NCBI GenBank assembly: GCA_902601475.1
Contig: CACKNK010000001.1
Span: 59,075-123,074 of the forward strand
Origin: an uncultured SAR86 cluster bacterium
Lineage (GTDB): Bacteria; Pseudomonadota; Gammaproteobacteria; Magnimaribacterales; D2472
Length of the DNA: 64,000 bases
Direction of reading: 5' to 3'
In this document: piece by piece, positions 1 to 8,502 of the stretch
How positions within the stretch are numbered: the first letter of the stretch is position 1
Layout of the letters: each line of letters opens with the position of its first letter
Notes under the pieces: generated by a model
What the model saw: only the letters and a program-made list of their open reading frames with translations
Told to the model about the DNA's origin: nothing
Databases searched by the model: none
Made by a program: the position numbers and the translations under genes

Positions 1-509
1 TTGGCTTCCGATCCACACTGGTAAGACTTTTTAGTACGGCACCCATGTTGGTCCCAAATAAAGATCTAGCTGATTTTAAAGTTATCAATCACGGTGCCAT
101 GCAATATCGAAGAATTAGCTGGACCATTAATTTGATTTATTCAACTACTCAAGATCAACTTGCTAAAATTTGCGAGGAGATTGAAACCTTTATTAAAAGC
201 TCAGATCAGTTTGCTGAAAATCCTCGACAGGACTCCTTTGTGAAAACTGATGAATTTGGTGCTAGTTCAATTGATGTACGAATTCTCTGTTATACCGAGC
301 CTCTTAACCTTACTGACTTTACTAAAGTGAAACAGTCATTAATTTTTGAAACCATTAAAATTGTTCGTGCTAATGGATCCGAATTTGCTTATCCTTCAAC
401 ATCGGTTTACATGGAGAATACAGAAAAAAATCCTGAAGATTATGATGTGGTGCAAGAGCTTTCTCATGAACCTCAACGTATTGACCCTGATTCAGGCGGT
501 GACGATTAA
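1..509 (+). CDS. Mechanosensitive ion channel (MscS family), C-terminal part; 5' end is outside the window
   Basis: The frame is open from position 3, with no stop before the listed Met at 45. The tail (VPNKDLADFKVINHG...ISWTINLIYSTT...IDVRILCYT) resembles the C-terminal beta and alpha/beta domains of MscS-type channels. Stop TAA at 507-509. Confidence 0.55.
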   Translation, partial: GFRSTLVRLFSTAPMLVPNKDLADFKVINHGAMQYRRISWTINLIYSTTQDQLAKICEEIETFIKSSDQFAENPRQDSFVKTDEFGASSIDVRILCYTEPLNLTDFTKVKQSLIFETIKIVRANGSEFAYPSTSVYMENTEKNPEDYDVVQELSHEPQRIDPDSGGDD

Positions 510-1543
510 GCTGAGCGGTTTTTAATTGTTTCCTCAAGTTCTCTAAAGAGCACTTCGTGCTCATCAAAGAGTTCTTCGAGATCAGATTTTTTGAGTTCAA
601 AGAGTTTACTATCATCGGTAGCAACTAGGGTTGCATTTCTGGGTGAGTTTGAGATTAATGCCATCTCTCCAAAAAAATCACCCGGACCTAAGTAAACAGG
701 GTTTTCAAGATCAACTTTGACTTGACCTTGCTCAATAATAAACATGGCATCGCCCTCGTCGCCTTTTTTGAAAATTTCTTCGTTCTTTTGAAATAGTTTT
801 ACATCCAGCTTTTCGTTGATCTTATTGATCGCTCCCACCGGTAATTGCTGAAATAAAGGAATGGCTGCGATGGCTTCAAAGGTGATCAAAAAATTCCTTT
901 TTTGGATCTCTTCATAATAAGCTGATGCCAAAATTGCAGCTGGCAAAGCAAACATTCCAATGCCGATGAACATGGTAAAGCTTGCAAGAATTTTACCTAC
1001 TTCAGTGCTTGGTACAACATCTCCATAGCCCACCGTAGTTAAAGTTGCTATGCCCCACCACATCGCAGCAGGAATGCTACCAAATATTTCTGGCTGTGCT
1101 TCTGATTCAAGAAAATAAATTAGTGTGGAAACAATCAATAAGATAGAGATCACCATCATTTGTGAGCCAAGCAATGCATTGCGTTGCATTACAATGGTCT
1201 TAATTAAAGTATTAGTGGGCACTAAAAACTTTGAAGCTCTAAAAATTTGAAACAGTCGGAATAATCTCAACATTCTTAAATCAACCAATCCAATAAAAAG
1301 GGCATTAATTAAGACAATGGCATCGACAGCTAAAAGAAAATCAAACTTTCTAATAACGATGATTCGAATTAAAAATTCCAGACTGAATAAGGTTATGGTG
1401 AGAAGGTAAAATACATCAAAAATTCTCTCCACCGTGCGAGTGAGTTCCATTGAAGTTAGTACCTGATCAGCAATGGATAGAATGATGAGGATACCAATAA
1501 TTTTAGAAAAGGTTCCTTCAAAAAAACTTTTGAGATTTTCCAT
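506..1543 (-). CDS. Cyclic-nucleotide-gated, voltage-sensor-type K+ channel (MloK1-like)
   Basis: S4-like segment LRMLRLFRLFQIFRASKF, K+ selectivity filter TLTTVGYGD, and a C-terminal cNMP-binding domain (FFGEMALISNSPRNATLVA). I moved the start to the ATG at 1543 (MENLKSFF...). The 405-aa track ORF would run into the divergent yegP-like gene and its SD. Confidence 0.8.
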   Translation of the reverse strand: MENLKSFFEGTFSKIIGILIILSIADQVLTSMELTRTVERIFDVFYLLTITLFSLEFLIRIIVIRKFDFLLAVDAIVLINALFIGLVDLRMLRLFRLFQIFRASKFLVPTNTLIKTIVMQRNALLGSQMMVISILLIVSTLIYFLESEAQPEIFGSIPAAMWWGIATLTTVGYGDVVPSTEVGKILASFTMFIGIGMFALPAAILASAYYEEIQKRNFLITFEAIAAIPLFQQLPVGAINKINEKLDVKLFQKNEEIFKKGDEGDAMFIIEQGQVKVDLENPVYLGPGDFFGEMALISNSPRNATLVATDDSKLFELKKSDLEELFDEHEVLFRELEETIKNRSA

Positions 1544-1639
1544 AAGCGGATTATAGCCTAGAGCACTGGCACGCAAAAAAAAATGTGTTTTTACTGAGTA
1601 AGTTTGGTAGTATTTGAACTCTGCAGACAAGGAGGAAAA

Positions 1640-1954
1640 ATGTTCGAAATTTATAAAGATAAAGGTGGCAATCATCGCTTTAGACTGAAAGCTAAAAATG
1701 GAGAAAATATTATTGCATCTCAAGCTTATGCATCCCGTGCAACATGCATGAAAGGCATTAAATCAGTTGCTAAGCATGCTGCTTCTAAAAATAACTTTAA
1801 AGCTAAGGAAACTCGTGGTGGAAAATGGAGTTTTAATCTAGTAGCTGGGAATAACAAAGTAGTTGCAACATCACAAAGCTATGCTGATAGGTCTTCAATG
1901 AATAAAGGCATTAAAAGCGTGATGACTAATGCACCAAAGTTAAAAATCTCCTAA
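1640..1954 (+). CDS. yegP: YegP/DUF1508 family protein (two tandem DUF1508 repeats)
   Basis: MFEIYKDKGGNHRFRLKAKNGENIIASQAYASRATCMKGIKSV, then a second copy WSFNLVAGNNKVVATSQSYADRSSMNKGIKSV. This matches the remembered E. coli YegP repeat pattern (FRFVLKAGNGE...S..Y.....GI.SV). GGAGG SD lies 5 nt upstream of the ATG at 1640. Confidence 0.85.
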   Translation: MFEIYKDKGGNHRFRLKAKNGENIIASQAYASRATCMKGIKSVAKHAASKNNFKAKETRGGKWSFNLVAGNNKVVATSQSYADRSSMNKGIKSVMTNAPKLKIS

Positions 1955-1963
1955 GTCTCTCTT

Positions 1964-3733
1964 ATGCTGAGCGACCAAAATGTATTAGTTGTAACTATAT
2001 GTGTTTTGGTTGGCCTATTAATTTGGGGTCGCTGGCGTTATGATGCTGTAACTTTGGTAGCGCTAGCTGCCTTAGTTCTTTTTGAAGTTATTCCGATTAA
2101 TAGCGCTTTTTCAGGGTTTGGCCATCCTGCAGTTATTATTGTAGCTTTAGTGCTGCTTATCAGCAGGGGCCTGCAAGAATCTGGTTTTGTTGGATTAATA
2201 GGTGGGCAACTTTCTAAAATCCCATTGAGCGAGAACCAGTTTCTGTTAGTCATTTTGGTGACTGCTGCAGCATTGTCCTCGTTCATGAACAACATCGGAG
2301 CCATGGCAATACTTCTGCCAGTAACCATAGCAGTGTGTCAGCAAAATAATTGGAATCCTCCAAAGTTTTTAATGCCGCTAGCTTTTGCAAGCATTTTGGG
2401 GGGGATGAATACCATGATTGGAACCCCGCCCAATATTATTATCTCTCAATACAGAGAAACCTATACAGGGACTAGCTTTAATTTCTTTGATTTTTCTTTT
2501 GTGGGTGTTGCTGTAAGCCTTCTGGGTGTGGTTTTCATTGCCTTCCTTGGTTATCGCCTGGTCAAAGTAAGGCAAGAAGCTGGAGATGAAATTAAATTAA
2601 TTGATTTGAAAAACTATTTGTTTGAAGTCAGAGTAAAAAAAGACAGTAAAGCCATTGGTAAAAGATTATCTGAAATTAAAAAAGTAGCAGGTCCAGAAAC
2701 TGAAGTACTGGGCATTGTTAATGAATCAGGTGCGGTCAGCAAGGTCTCAATGGTAACTAAGTTTGCTCATAATCAGGTTCTTGTGATTAAAACCTCACCG
2801 GATGATATTTCAAGATTGCAAAGTGATCTTGATTTAGAGATTTCTGAGGATCTTAATACCATCAAAGAATCTGATCTTGAAGAAATTGAGGTGATGGTCA
2901 CAGCATCTTCAAGACTCATTGGTCGTAAACAAGAATTTTTAAAGCGCCTAGCCTCAGAAGATCTTGCCCTGCTTGGACTTTGGCGACAAGGGGCAAAGTT
3001 TAGAACTAGACTTTCACGTGAAATCTTTAGGGTTGGGGATGTGCTTTTACTGGGTGTGCGGTCCATTGATGAAGAAGGAGTTAAAGAACGTATAAAGCAC
3101 CTAGGTCTTATGCCGCTGATGCAACGAGAAATGCAGGTCATACCTAGTCGAAGTCGATTGCTTAAGAGCATTATTTTCTTTGTGACGTTCTTGCTACTTG
3201 CTGCCTTTAACGTTATTAATATTGTGATTGCTTTCTTATTATGTGTCCTTGCATTTATTGGGGTTAAAGTCCTCAACGGAAACCTCTATCGTAGTATTGA
3301 ATGGCCAGTTATTGTGATGTTGGCAGCGATGATACCAATCGGTCAAGCACTCGAAACAACTGGAATATCCAATAATATTGCGATGTTTATATCAGGTTAT
3401 ACCGAAGCCTTGCCTATCTACATGATCATACTCTTAATTCTTGTGGTGACCATGTTTGTCTCAGACATCATTAATAATGCTGCCACCGCTATTATCATGG
3501 CGCCGATCGCTGCAAATATTGCCTCTCAACTAGGCGCTCCTGTGGAACCTTTTTTAATGGCAGTTGCTGTTGGAGCAAGTTGTGCTTTTCTCTCACCCAT
3601 TGGACACCAGTGTAATACCCTGGTTATGGCACCGGGAGGATATAAGTTTGGAGATTACTGGAGACTTGGGTTACCTCTTGAAATAGTGATTGCAGCTATT
3701 TCAGTGCCAATGATTATGTACGTTTGGTTTTAA
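1964..3733 (+). CDS. SLC13/DASS-type (CitMHS-like) anion permease with two internal TrkA-C (RCK_C) domains
   Basis: Multi-TM N- and C-terminal halves flank two soluble repeats (LFEVRVKKDSKAIGKRLSEI...; EVMVTASSRLIGRKQEF...VGDVLLLG) typical of TrkA-C. This is the layout of SLC13 family permeases. Confidence 0.7.
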   Translation: MLSDQNVLVVTICVLVGLLIWGRWRYDAVTLVALAALVLFEVIPINSAFSGFGHPAVIIVALVLLISRGLQESGFVGLIGGQLSKIPLSENQFLLVILVTAAALSSFMNNIGAMAILLPVTIAVCQQNNWNPPKFLMPLAFASILGGMNTMIGTPPNIIISQYRETYTGTSFNFFDFSFVGVAVSLLGVVFIAFLGYRLVKVRQEAGDEIKLIDLKNYLFEVRVKKDSKAIGKRLSEIKKVAGPETEVLGIVNESGAVSKVSMVTKFAHNQVLVIKTSPDDISRLQSDLDLEISEDLNTIKESDLEEIEVMVTASSRLIGRKQEFLKRLASEDLALLGLWRQGAKFRTRLSREIFRVGDVLLLGVRSIDEEGVKERIKHLGLMPLMQREMQVIPSRSRLLKSIIFFVTFLLLAAFNVINIVIAFLLCVLAFIGVKVLNGNLYRSIEWPVIVMLAAMIPIGQALETTGISNNIAMFISGYTEALPIYMIILLILVVTMFVSDIINNAATAIIMAPIAANIASQLGAPVEPFLMAVAVGASCAFLSPIGHQCNTLVMAPGGYKFGDYWRLGLPLEIVIAAISVPMIMYVWF

Positions 3734-4908
3734 TCAGATAGCAAGGCAAGATTTTCAATAAACTTATAAATATCTTTTCGAAAAGTTGATTCATCACCGT
3801 TTTCTTTGGTAATTGGAGATGTGACGCCACCTTCACCCACTTTCATGATCTTAGAGCTCTCAAGAAAGTCCCAAACCGCTAGGGTCACATCGGTATCACC
3901 AATCTCTTTTAACCATTTAAATTCTTTAAAATCTTGAGTATCACCAGGAATCGGATCGTATTTAGTTATTTTGGTAACCACCACATCATTATCCCGATCA
4001 ACAAAAATGTATTGCCCAAATTTACCGCTAGCAAAAAAGATTTCATGGTTTTCATCATCAGCAGCCATCCACCAATGCAATGAATATCCACCTTGTCTTG
4101 GTGCTTTAAATCTCCATGATGTGCTAAAGGTTTCATCAACGAAGCCTTTTGGGACTAGCGATTGATTATTCCAGTTGCCGTTTCTTGCAAATAATAATCC
4201 AAATCTTGAAAAGTCTCTCGCACTCATATCTATGCAACAGTAAGTCATAACATTACCCCGACCATCTTTCCATAGTGTTGAGTTTTTGATACCAATGGTC
4301 TGTAAGATTCTATTGTCTAAAAGCTGATCTGCAGGCTGACCGGTTGCCGCTTCTAAAATAGCAGCCAATAACATTGAATTAACATTGTTATATTCCCATT
4401 TTGATCCAGGTTTTTTTTCTAATGGAACATTTAGAGCATATTGAAGTTGGTCTTCATTTAGAAACATTGTCTCATGTTGAGTCTCTGGATACTGCAGACC
4501 GCTTTCCATATCAAGAATATTTCTTAGGGTAATAACTGAGCGTTCATCATCTTTGTACACCGGTAGGTATTTGTAAACTGGATCATCAAGGCTTTCTATT
4601 TCGCCTTTCTCAATAGAAATGCCAATTAATGCGGCATAGAAACTTTTAGCGACTGACCATGAGGTGCCGAATGAATCTTGATTATAATTTTCAGCATATC
4701 GCTCACTTATAATTTTCCCGTTTTTTACAACTACCAAAGCCTGAGTAGCAGGATCTTTAAATGCAATGTCTTCAAGAACTTTGAGCCTTAACTCATTAAC
4801 ATTTTCTTGCGATGCACTGGATACCTCCCAGTTTTCATCTGGAAAGTATTCAGCAAAAGCTAAAGTTGAAAAAAAGCATACTGATAAACTCAAAAGTAAA
4901 TGTTTCAT
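3730..4908 (-). CDS. Secreted serine hydrolase of the beta-lactamase / class-C PBP-like family
   Basis: N-terminal signal peptide (MKHLLLSLSVCFFSTLAFA), SxxK motif (SWSVAKSF) and a YxN-like motif (WEYNNVNSML). Confidence 0.7.
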   Translation of the reverse strand: MKHLLLSLSVCFFSTLAFAEYFPDENWEVSSASQENVNELRLKVLEDIAFKDPATQALVVVKNGKIISERYAENYNQDSFGTSWSVAKSFYAALIGISIEKGEIESLDDPVYKYLPVYKDDERSVITLRNILDMESGLQYPETQHETMFLNEDQLQYALNVPLEKKPGSKWEYNNVNSMLLAAILEAATGQPADQLLDNRILQTIGIKNSTLWKDGRGNVMTYCCIDMSARDFSRFGLLFARNGNWNNQSLVPKGFVDETFSTSWRFKAPRQGGYSLHWWMAADDENHEIFFASGKFGQYIFVDRDNDVVVTKITKYDPIPGDTQDFKEFKWLKEIGDTDVTLAVWDFLESSKIMKVGEGGVTSPITKENGDESTFRKDIYKFIENLALLSD

Positions 4909-4921
4909 AAAAATCCTTAAA

Positions 4922-4998
4922 TGGTAGACCCGAGCAGATTTGAACTGCTGACCTCTGCCATGTCAAGACAGCGCTCTAACCAACTGAGCTACGGGTCT
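4922..4998 (-). tRNA. tRNA-Val (anticodon GAC)
   Basis: The reverse complement folds as a 77-nt cloverleaf: AGACCCG/TA/GCTC-AGTTGGTTA-GAGC/G/CTGTC-TTGACAT-GGCAG/AGGTC/AGCAG-TTCAAAT-CTGCT/CGGGTCT/A/CCA. The anticodon loop TTGACAT gives GAC. CCA is encoded. It is close to the remembered E. coli tRNA-Val(GAC). Note the A1-U72 pair. Confidence 0.95.
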
Positions 4999-5008
4999 AG
5001 GACGAACT

Positions 5009-5036
5009 ATTTTAAACGAGGTTGGTTCAAAGGCAA
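5009..5036 (-). promoter_or_regulatory. Candidate sigma70-type promoter for tRNA-Val
   Basis: On the minus strand, TTGCCT (5036-5031), a 16-nt spacer, then TAAAAT (5014-5009). This lies ~10 nt upstream of tRNA position 1 and downstream of the terminator at 5050-5077. Promoter-like hexamers are common in AT-rich DNA. Confidence 0.3.
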
Positions 5037-5049
5037 TAAGCTTGAGGCC

Positions 5050-5077
5050 AAAAAAAAGGAGGCAAAGCCTCCTTTTT
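5050..5077. terminator. Bidirectional rho-independent terminator
   Basis: GGAGGC-AAA-GCCTCC hairpin (5058-5072), flanked by an A8 run (5050-5057) and a T5 run (5073-5077). On the minus strand it follows the acidic repeat gene with a U8 tract. Confidence 0.8.
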
Positions 5078-5094
5078 CATGAGAAAAGATAATA

Positions 5095-5703
5095 CTACTT
5101 ATCGTCGTCGTCACCGAGGACTGCGTCTTTAACGCTCTCAGCAACATCCTTAACCCCATCAATAGCAGCATCAACTGTTTCGCCAACAGTTTCAACCACT
5201 TCTTCGGCTACGTCTTTGACGCCTTCAGCAACTTCGCTAGCAACATCAACAACACCTTCGACTGCTGCAGAAGCTGTTTCCACTGCTCCTTCAACAACCT
5301 CACCTGCTACGTCTGCTACTGCATCAACTGCTGCTCCAGCTGTTTCAGCTACGCCTTCAACAACTTCCTTAGCGGCACCAACAACATCGCCATCTTTTAG
5401 TTCATCTAAAACTTCTTTTCCTGCCTCAGCAACTTCACCAGCTACATCTTTAACGCCTTCGATAGCAGCATCAACTGTTTCACCAACAGTTTCAACAACT
5501 TCACTGGCAACATCTACAGCTGTATCTACTACTTCTTCAGCAGTTTCTTTAACGCCTTCAGCAGCTGCAGATGCTGTTTCAACAACACCTTCCACCGCTT
5601 CACCGGCTACATCACCAACAGCACCAACAGTTTCTTTGGTGACGTCTGCAACACCTTCAACAACGTCTTTAGCGCCATCGACAATTTTATTATCTTCGCT
5701 CAT
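5095..5703 (-). CDS. Hyper-acidic A/V/E/G/D-rich repeat protein with 11-residue periodicity (function unknown)
   Basis: The ORF has an AAGAGGA SD upstream of the ATG at 5703 (MSEDNKIVDG...). The track start at 5736 adds 11 unlikely residues. Only 12 residue types are used. The (E/D)G(V/A) motif recurs at multiples of 11 residues. There is an internal 100-aa duplication and a dedicated terminator. Confidence 0.7.
   Translation of the reverse strand: MSEDNKIVDGAKDVVEGVADVTKETVGAVGDVAGEAVEGVVETASAAAEGVKETAEEVVDTAVDVASEVVETVGETVDAAIEGVKDVAGEVAEAGKEVLDELKDGDVVGAAKEVVEGVAETAGAAVDAVADVAGEVVEGAVETASAAVEGVVDVASEVAEGVKDVAEEVVETVGETVDAAIDGVKDVAESVKDAVLGDDDDK
5119..5682 (-). repeat. Intragenic tandem duplication, two ~300-bp units (5119-5382 and 5383-5682)
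   Basis: Protein residues 8-107 align without gaps to 108-195. At the DNA level, ATAGCAGCATCAACTGTTTC occurs at 5162 and again at 5462, an offset of exactly 300 bp. Confidence 0.85.
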
Positions 5704-5831
5704 AAATATCCTCTTAAAAAAATTTAATATTCTCATGACTTTTTGTCAGTTTTCCCTAAAAAGGGTACATAGATTAACAATTTCTGATCAAAAACAAAAG
5801 CTATTCTAGTAAATTTAAAATGTTTTATTGA

Positions 5832-7214
5832 TTAATTTCTTTGTTTGATGAAAGATTCTGTCGCATTCAAGATAATTTGATCCTCAGAATCTTTTAATTT
5901 TTCTATTTCTGCAAGGATTTTTTCAGTTGAACCCCAAGGCCCCTCCTCATTCAAGCGCTGATTTAGAAAGCCCTCATACCTTTTTTGCATATCACCGGGA
6001 GCCTCTGACGGATACATTTGACAAACTAACCTTTCAGCAAAGAGTCTAAAACGCTCATCTTCTATATTTCTTGCAATTTTAATTCGGTAGGACGGCTCTT
6101 CAATACGGTGAAAATCGTCCATTAACTCCTTATCGGAGGGTTTTGGGAAGCCCCCTGCGTATATAAGCTGTTCAATATGTTCAGGTTCTTTAAAATTAAA
6201 AATACGATCTGCCATCGCATCGCTCACCAATGTATGAAAGTCAGTATTCTTTTTGACAAGCTCAGCCCTTTTAATAAGGACATTAATATCCATATCAAAT
6301 ATTGCATTATCCTGAATCATTTCTTGAGGACATATGGGAATGGTTTTATTAATTTTATATTTTTTAAGCGGCCCATCACGTCCTCCTTTGTGAACCATGC
6401 TAAAGATATCCGAAGTTTCCAAAGAAAAAATCTCTTCGGGATCAAAACTGAGATCAAAAAACACAATTTCATTTGGTCGGGTAGCATCTGCCCCACAAAT
6501 AACTACAGGATATCTAAAACGTTCGCGACGATAAACTTCTCCAAGCGCTAAAAAGGTTTTGCAATTAATGGCAGCTTGCATGCCTGGTTTGGTTGCAGTT
6601 GAGATAAAAAAATCAATCCACTCAGGTATTTGGCCATCAATAATTTTAAGGAGCTCTAACATCAATTTGCAGTCGGCTATCGCATCATGCGCATCATCAT
6701 TACTAATGTTGTTTGCAGCTGCTAAATCTTCAAGCCTTAAACTAATGCCAGGGCCGCCGTCATGTAAAGGAATTTCAATTACATTATTAAAATAACATGC
6801 AAGGTTTTGCAACATTAAAAAAAGATCAAGCCTGCCGTTGCCGTTGGTATTAGTTAGGTAGATGTCTAACAAGTTCCAATAAAATTGTCTTCGAATTAAC
6901 TCCTCATCGAATGCATGACCGTTATAGGTCACAAAAGTGCCTGGACCGTCTACCGTCCACTCACGCCACTGTCGATGCAAGTCGCTCATCATTTGATAAT
7001 GCGAAGTATTTGATTTAAATAACTCAATTTTTTTATTGGTGAGCATAGCTTTGGGTTGAGGATTGACCCATGGGAGTGGTCTGCACCCAATATTTTGTTG
7101 TGCTAATTCTTCAAAACTGCGATTGGTTTGGATGGAACCGCACTGCAAAATTTGAGAAAAATCTTTCTGAATTCCTGAGGTCTCTGTATCGTAAAAGATC
7201 AGATTAGCTGGCAA
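5832..7214 (-). CDS. sbcB: Exodeoxyribonuclease I
   Basis: DEDDh exonuclease motifs IFYDTETSG, YNGHAFDEELIRRQFY and DAHDAIADC. The length and C-terminal regions match the remembered E. coli ExoI. The start as tracked is TTG. Confidence 0.85.
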   Translation of the reverse strand: MPANLIFYDTETSGIQKDFSQILQCGSIQTNRSFEELAQQNIGCRPLPWVNPQPKAMLTNKKIELFKSNTSHYQMMSDLHRQWREWTVDGPGTFVTYNGHAFDEELIRRQFYWNLLDIYLTNTNGNGRLDLFLMLQNLACYFNNVIEIPLHDGGPGISLRLEDLAAANNISNDDAHDAIADCKLMLELLKIIDGQIPEWIDFFISTATKPGMQAAINCKTFLALGEVYRRERFRYPVVICGADATRPNEIVFFDLSFDPEEIFSLETSDIFSMVHKGGRDGPLKKYKINKTIPICPQEMIQDNAIFDMDINVLIKRAELVKKNTDFHTLVSDAMADRIFNFKEPEHIEQLIYAGGFPKPSDKELMDDFHRIEEPSYRIKIARNIEDERFRLFAERLVCQMYPSEAPGDMQKRYEGFLNQRLNEEGPWGSTEKILAEIEKLKDSEDQIILNATESFIKQRN

Positions 7215-7225
7215 TGCTCTATCGC

Positions 7226-8476
7226 TTAACTTCTGGAAACTTCAGATGATTCCACCTGATCATCCTGAACTGCATGTTTACCAAGCTCATATCGAGCAAC
7301 CGCTCTTCTATGTACCTCATCCGGTCCATCAGCCAAGCGAAGGGTTCTCATCCCGGCGTACATTCTTGAAAGTGGAAAAACTTGAGAAACACCTGCTCCG
7401 CCATGAATTTGAATTGCACGATCAATGATCTTGCAGACAATATTCGGAACCGCCACTTTAATTTGGGCAATCTCACTGGCCGCAACCTTATTGCCGACGG
7501 TATCCATCATATGGGCAGCTTGAAGAGTTAATAATCGAGCCATATTCAACTCAATTCTTGAATCAGCTATGACATCAAAGTTTCCACCAAGTTGAGCTAT
7601 GGGTTTGCCAAATGCTACACGGGTTTGGCCACGTCGACACATCATCTCAATGACTCGCTCACCCATACCTATGGCCCTCATACAATGATGAATTCTTCCT
7701 GGCCCAAGTCTGCCTTGAGCAATTTCAAAACCTCTGCCTTCACCTAAAAGCATGTTTTCTTTAGGGACCCTAACATTATCAAACTTGAGGTGAGCATGAC
7801 CGTGAGGAGCATCGTCCCAGCCAAAAACATGCATCATTTTACGAGTTTCAATGCCTGGAGTATCGGTGGGCACCAGTATCATTGAATGCCGCTTATGTCT
7901 TGGTGAATCAGGATCTTGGTCGGTGACACACATGAAAATAATGATCTTACACCTTGGGTCTCCAGCACCAGAGGTCCACCACTTTTCACCATTAATAACA
8001 TACTCATCCCCATCAAGCACCGCGGTAGCTGCCATGTTGGTGGCATCGGATGAAGCAACACCTGGTTCAGTCATACCAAAAGCTGACCTAATTTCTCCAT
8101 TTAATAAAGGCGATAGCCACTCATCTTTTTGAGCCTCACTTCCATACCTAACCAAAACCTCCATGTTTCCTGTATCGGGTGCCGAACAATTAAAAACTTC
8201 GGATGCAATTCCAGATCGACCCATTTGTTCTGCTAGATGTGCGTACTCAAAATTAGTCAGCCCTGCTCCTAGCTCACTTTCAGGAAGAAAGAGATTCCAT
8301 AGTCCAGCTTTTTTTGCCTTCTCTTTCATTTCTTCAATGATAGGCGGGACGCACCATCTGCCACCCTCTTCTACCTGCTGTTCATAAAGAGATTCATTAG
8401 GGATGATTTCCTTGTTAATAAATTCAGTAACCTGATCTAATAAAGATTGAGTTTTTTTGCTAAGTTCAAATTTCAT
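7226..8476 (-). CDS. Acyl-CoA dehydrogenase family protein (ACAD10/11- or FadE-like)
   Basis: Typical ACAD blocks: [25 protein letters not shown], ...IHGGAGVS...[13 protein letters not shown]. Confidence 0.85.
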   Translation of the reverse strand: MKFELSKKTQSLLDQVTEFINKEIIPNESLYEQQVEEGGRWCVPPIIEEMKEKAKKAGLWNLFLPESELGAGLTNFEYAHLAEQMGRSGIASEVFNCSAPDTGNMEVLVRYGSEAQKDEWLSPLLNGEIRSAFGMTEPGVASSDATNMAATAVLDGDEYVINGEKWWTSGAGDPRCKIIIFMCVTDQDPDSPRHKRHSMILVPTDTPGIETRKMMHVFGWDDAPHGHAHLKFDNVRVPKENMLLGEGRGFEIAQGRLGPGRIHHCMRAIGMGERVIEMMCRRGQTRVAFGKPIAQLGGNFDVIADSRIELNMARLLTLQAAHMMDTVGNKVAASEIAQIKVAVPNIVCKIIDRAIQIHGGAGVSQVFPLSRMYAGMRTLRLADGPDEVHRRAVARYELGKHAVQDDQVESSEVSRS

Positions 8477-8502
8477 TTTTTTTCCTGGTTATAGTAATAA
8501 TA

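Noticed and set aside
1544-1723. 60-codon N-terminal extension of the K+ channel ORF (track start at 1723)
   Set aside because: The extension overlaps the divergent yegP-like gene and its SD, and it encodes non-channel-like sequence. The ATG at 1543 gives a normal S1-preceding N-terminus. Similar N-terminal over-extensions were trimmed for argC (18513-18563), argF' (23090-23122), ccmG (57943-58005) and the acidic protein (5704-5736).
2773-3276. 167-aa minus-strand ORF (R/S-rich) and many other 60-170-aa ORFs nested antisense or out of frame inside long genes, such as 2038-2328, 6177-6551, 7851-8132, 17273-17808, 31873-32190 and 61210-61455
   Set aside because: All are fully embedded in well-supported genes on the opposite strand or in another frame. 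They have biased low-complexity composition and no SD or motifs. They are typical shadow ORFs.
5098-5112. C-terminal DDDDK, the enterokinase recognition sequence and the end of a FLAG tag, hinting at an engineered construct
   Set aside because: The context is ...AVLGDDDDK, not DYKDDDDK. The whole protein is D/E-rich, so an Asp run is expected. No vector-like sequence surrounds it.
5216-5809. 197-aa plus-strand ORF rich in S/T/A/P (TSLATSTTPSTAAEA...), which could be read as a mucin-like or PE/PPE-like repeat protein
   Set aside because: It is the antisense mirror of the acidic repeat gene: GAx/GCx/GTx codons read backwards give xTC/xGC/xAC, which code for S/T/A. It has no SD and runs through the promoter region of the real gene. 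The minus-strand ORF has an SD, a terminator and a coherent 11-mer periodicity.
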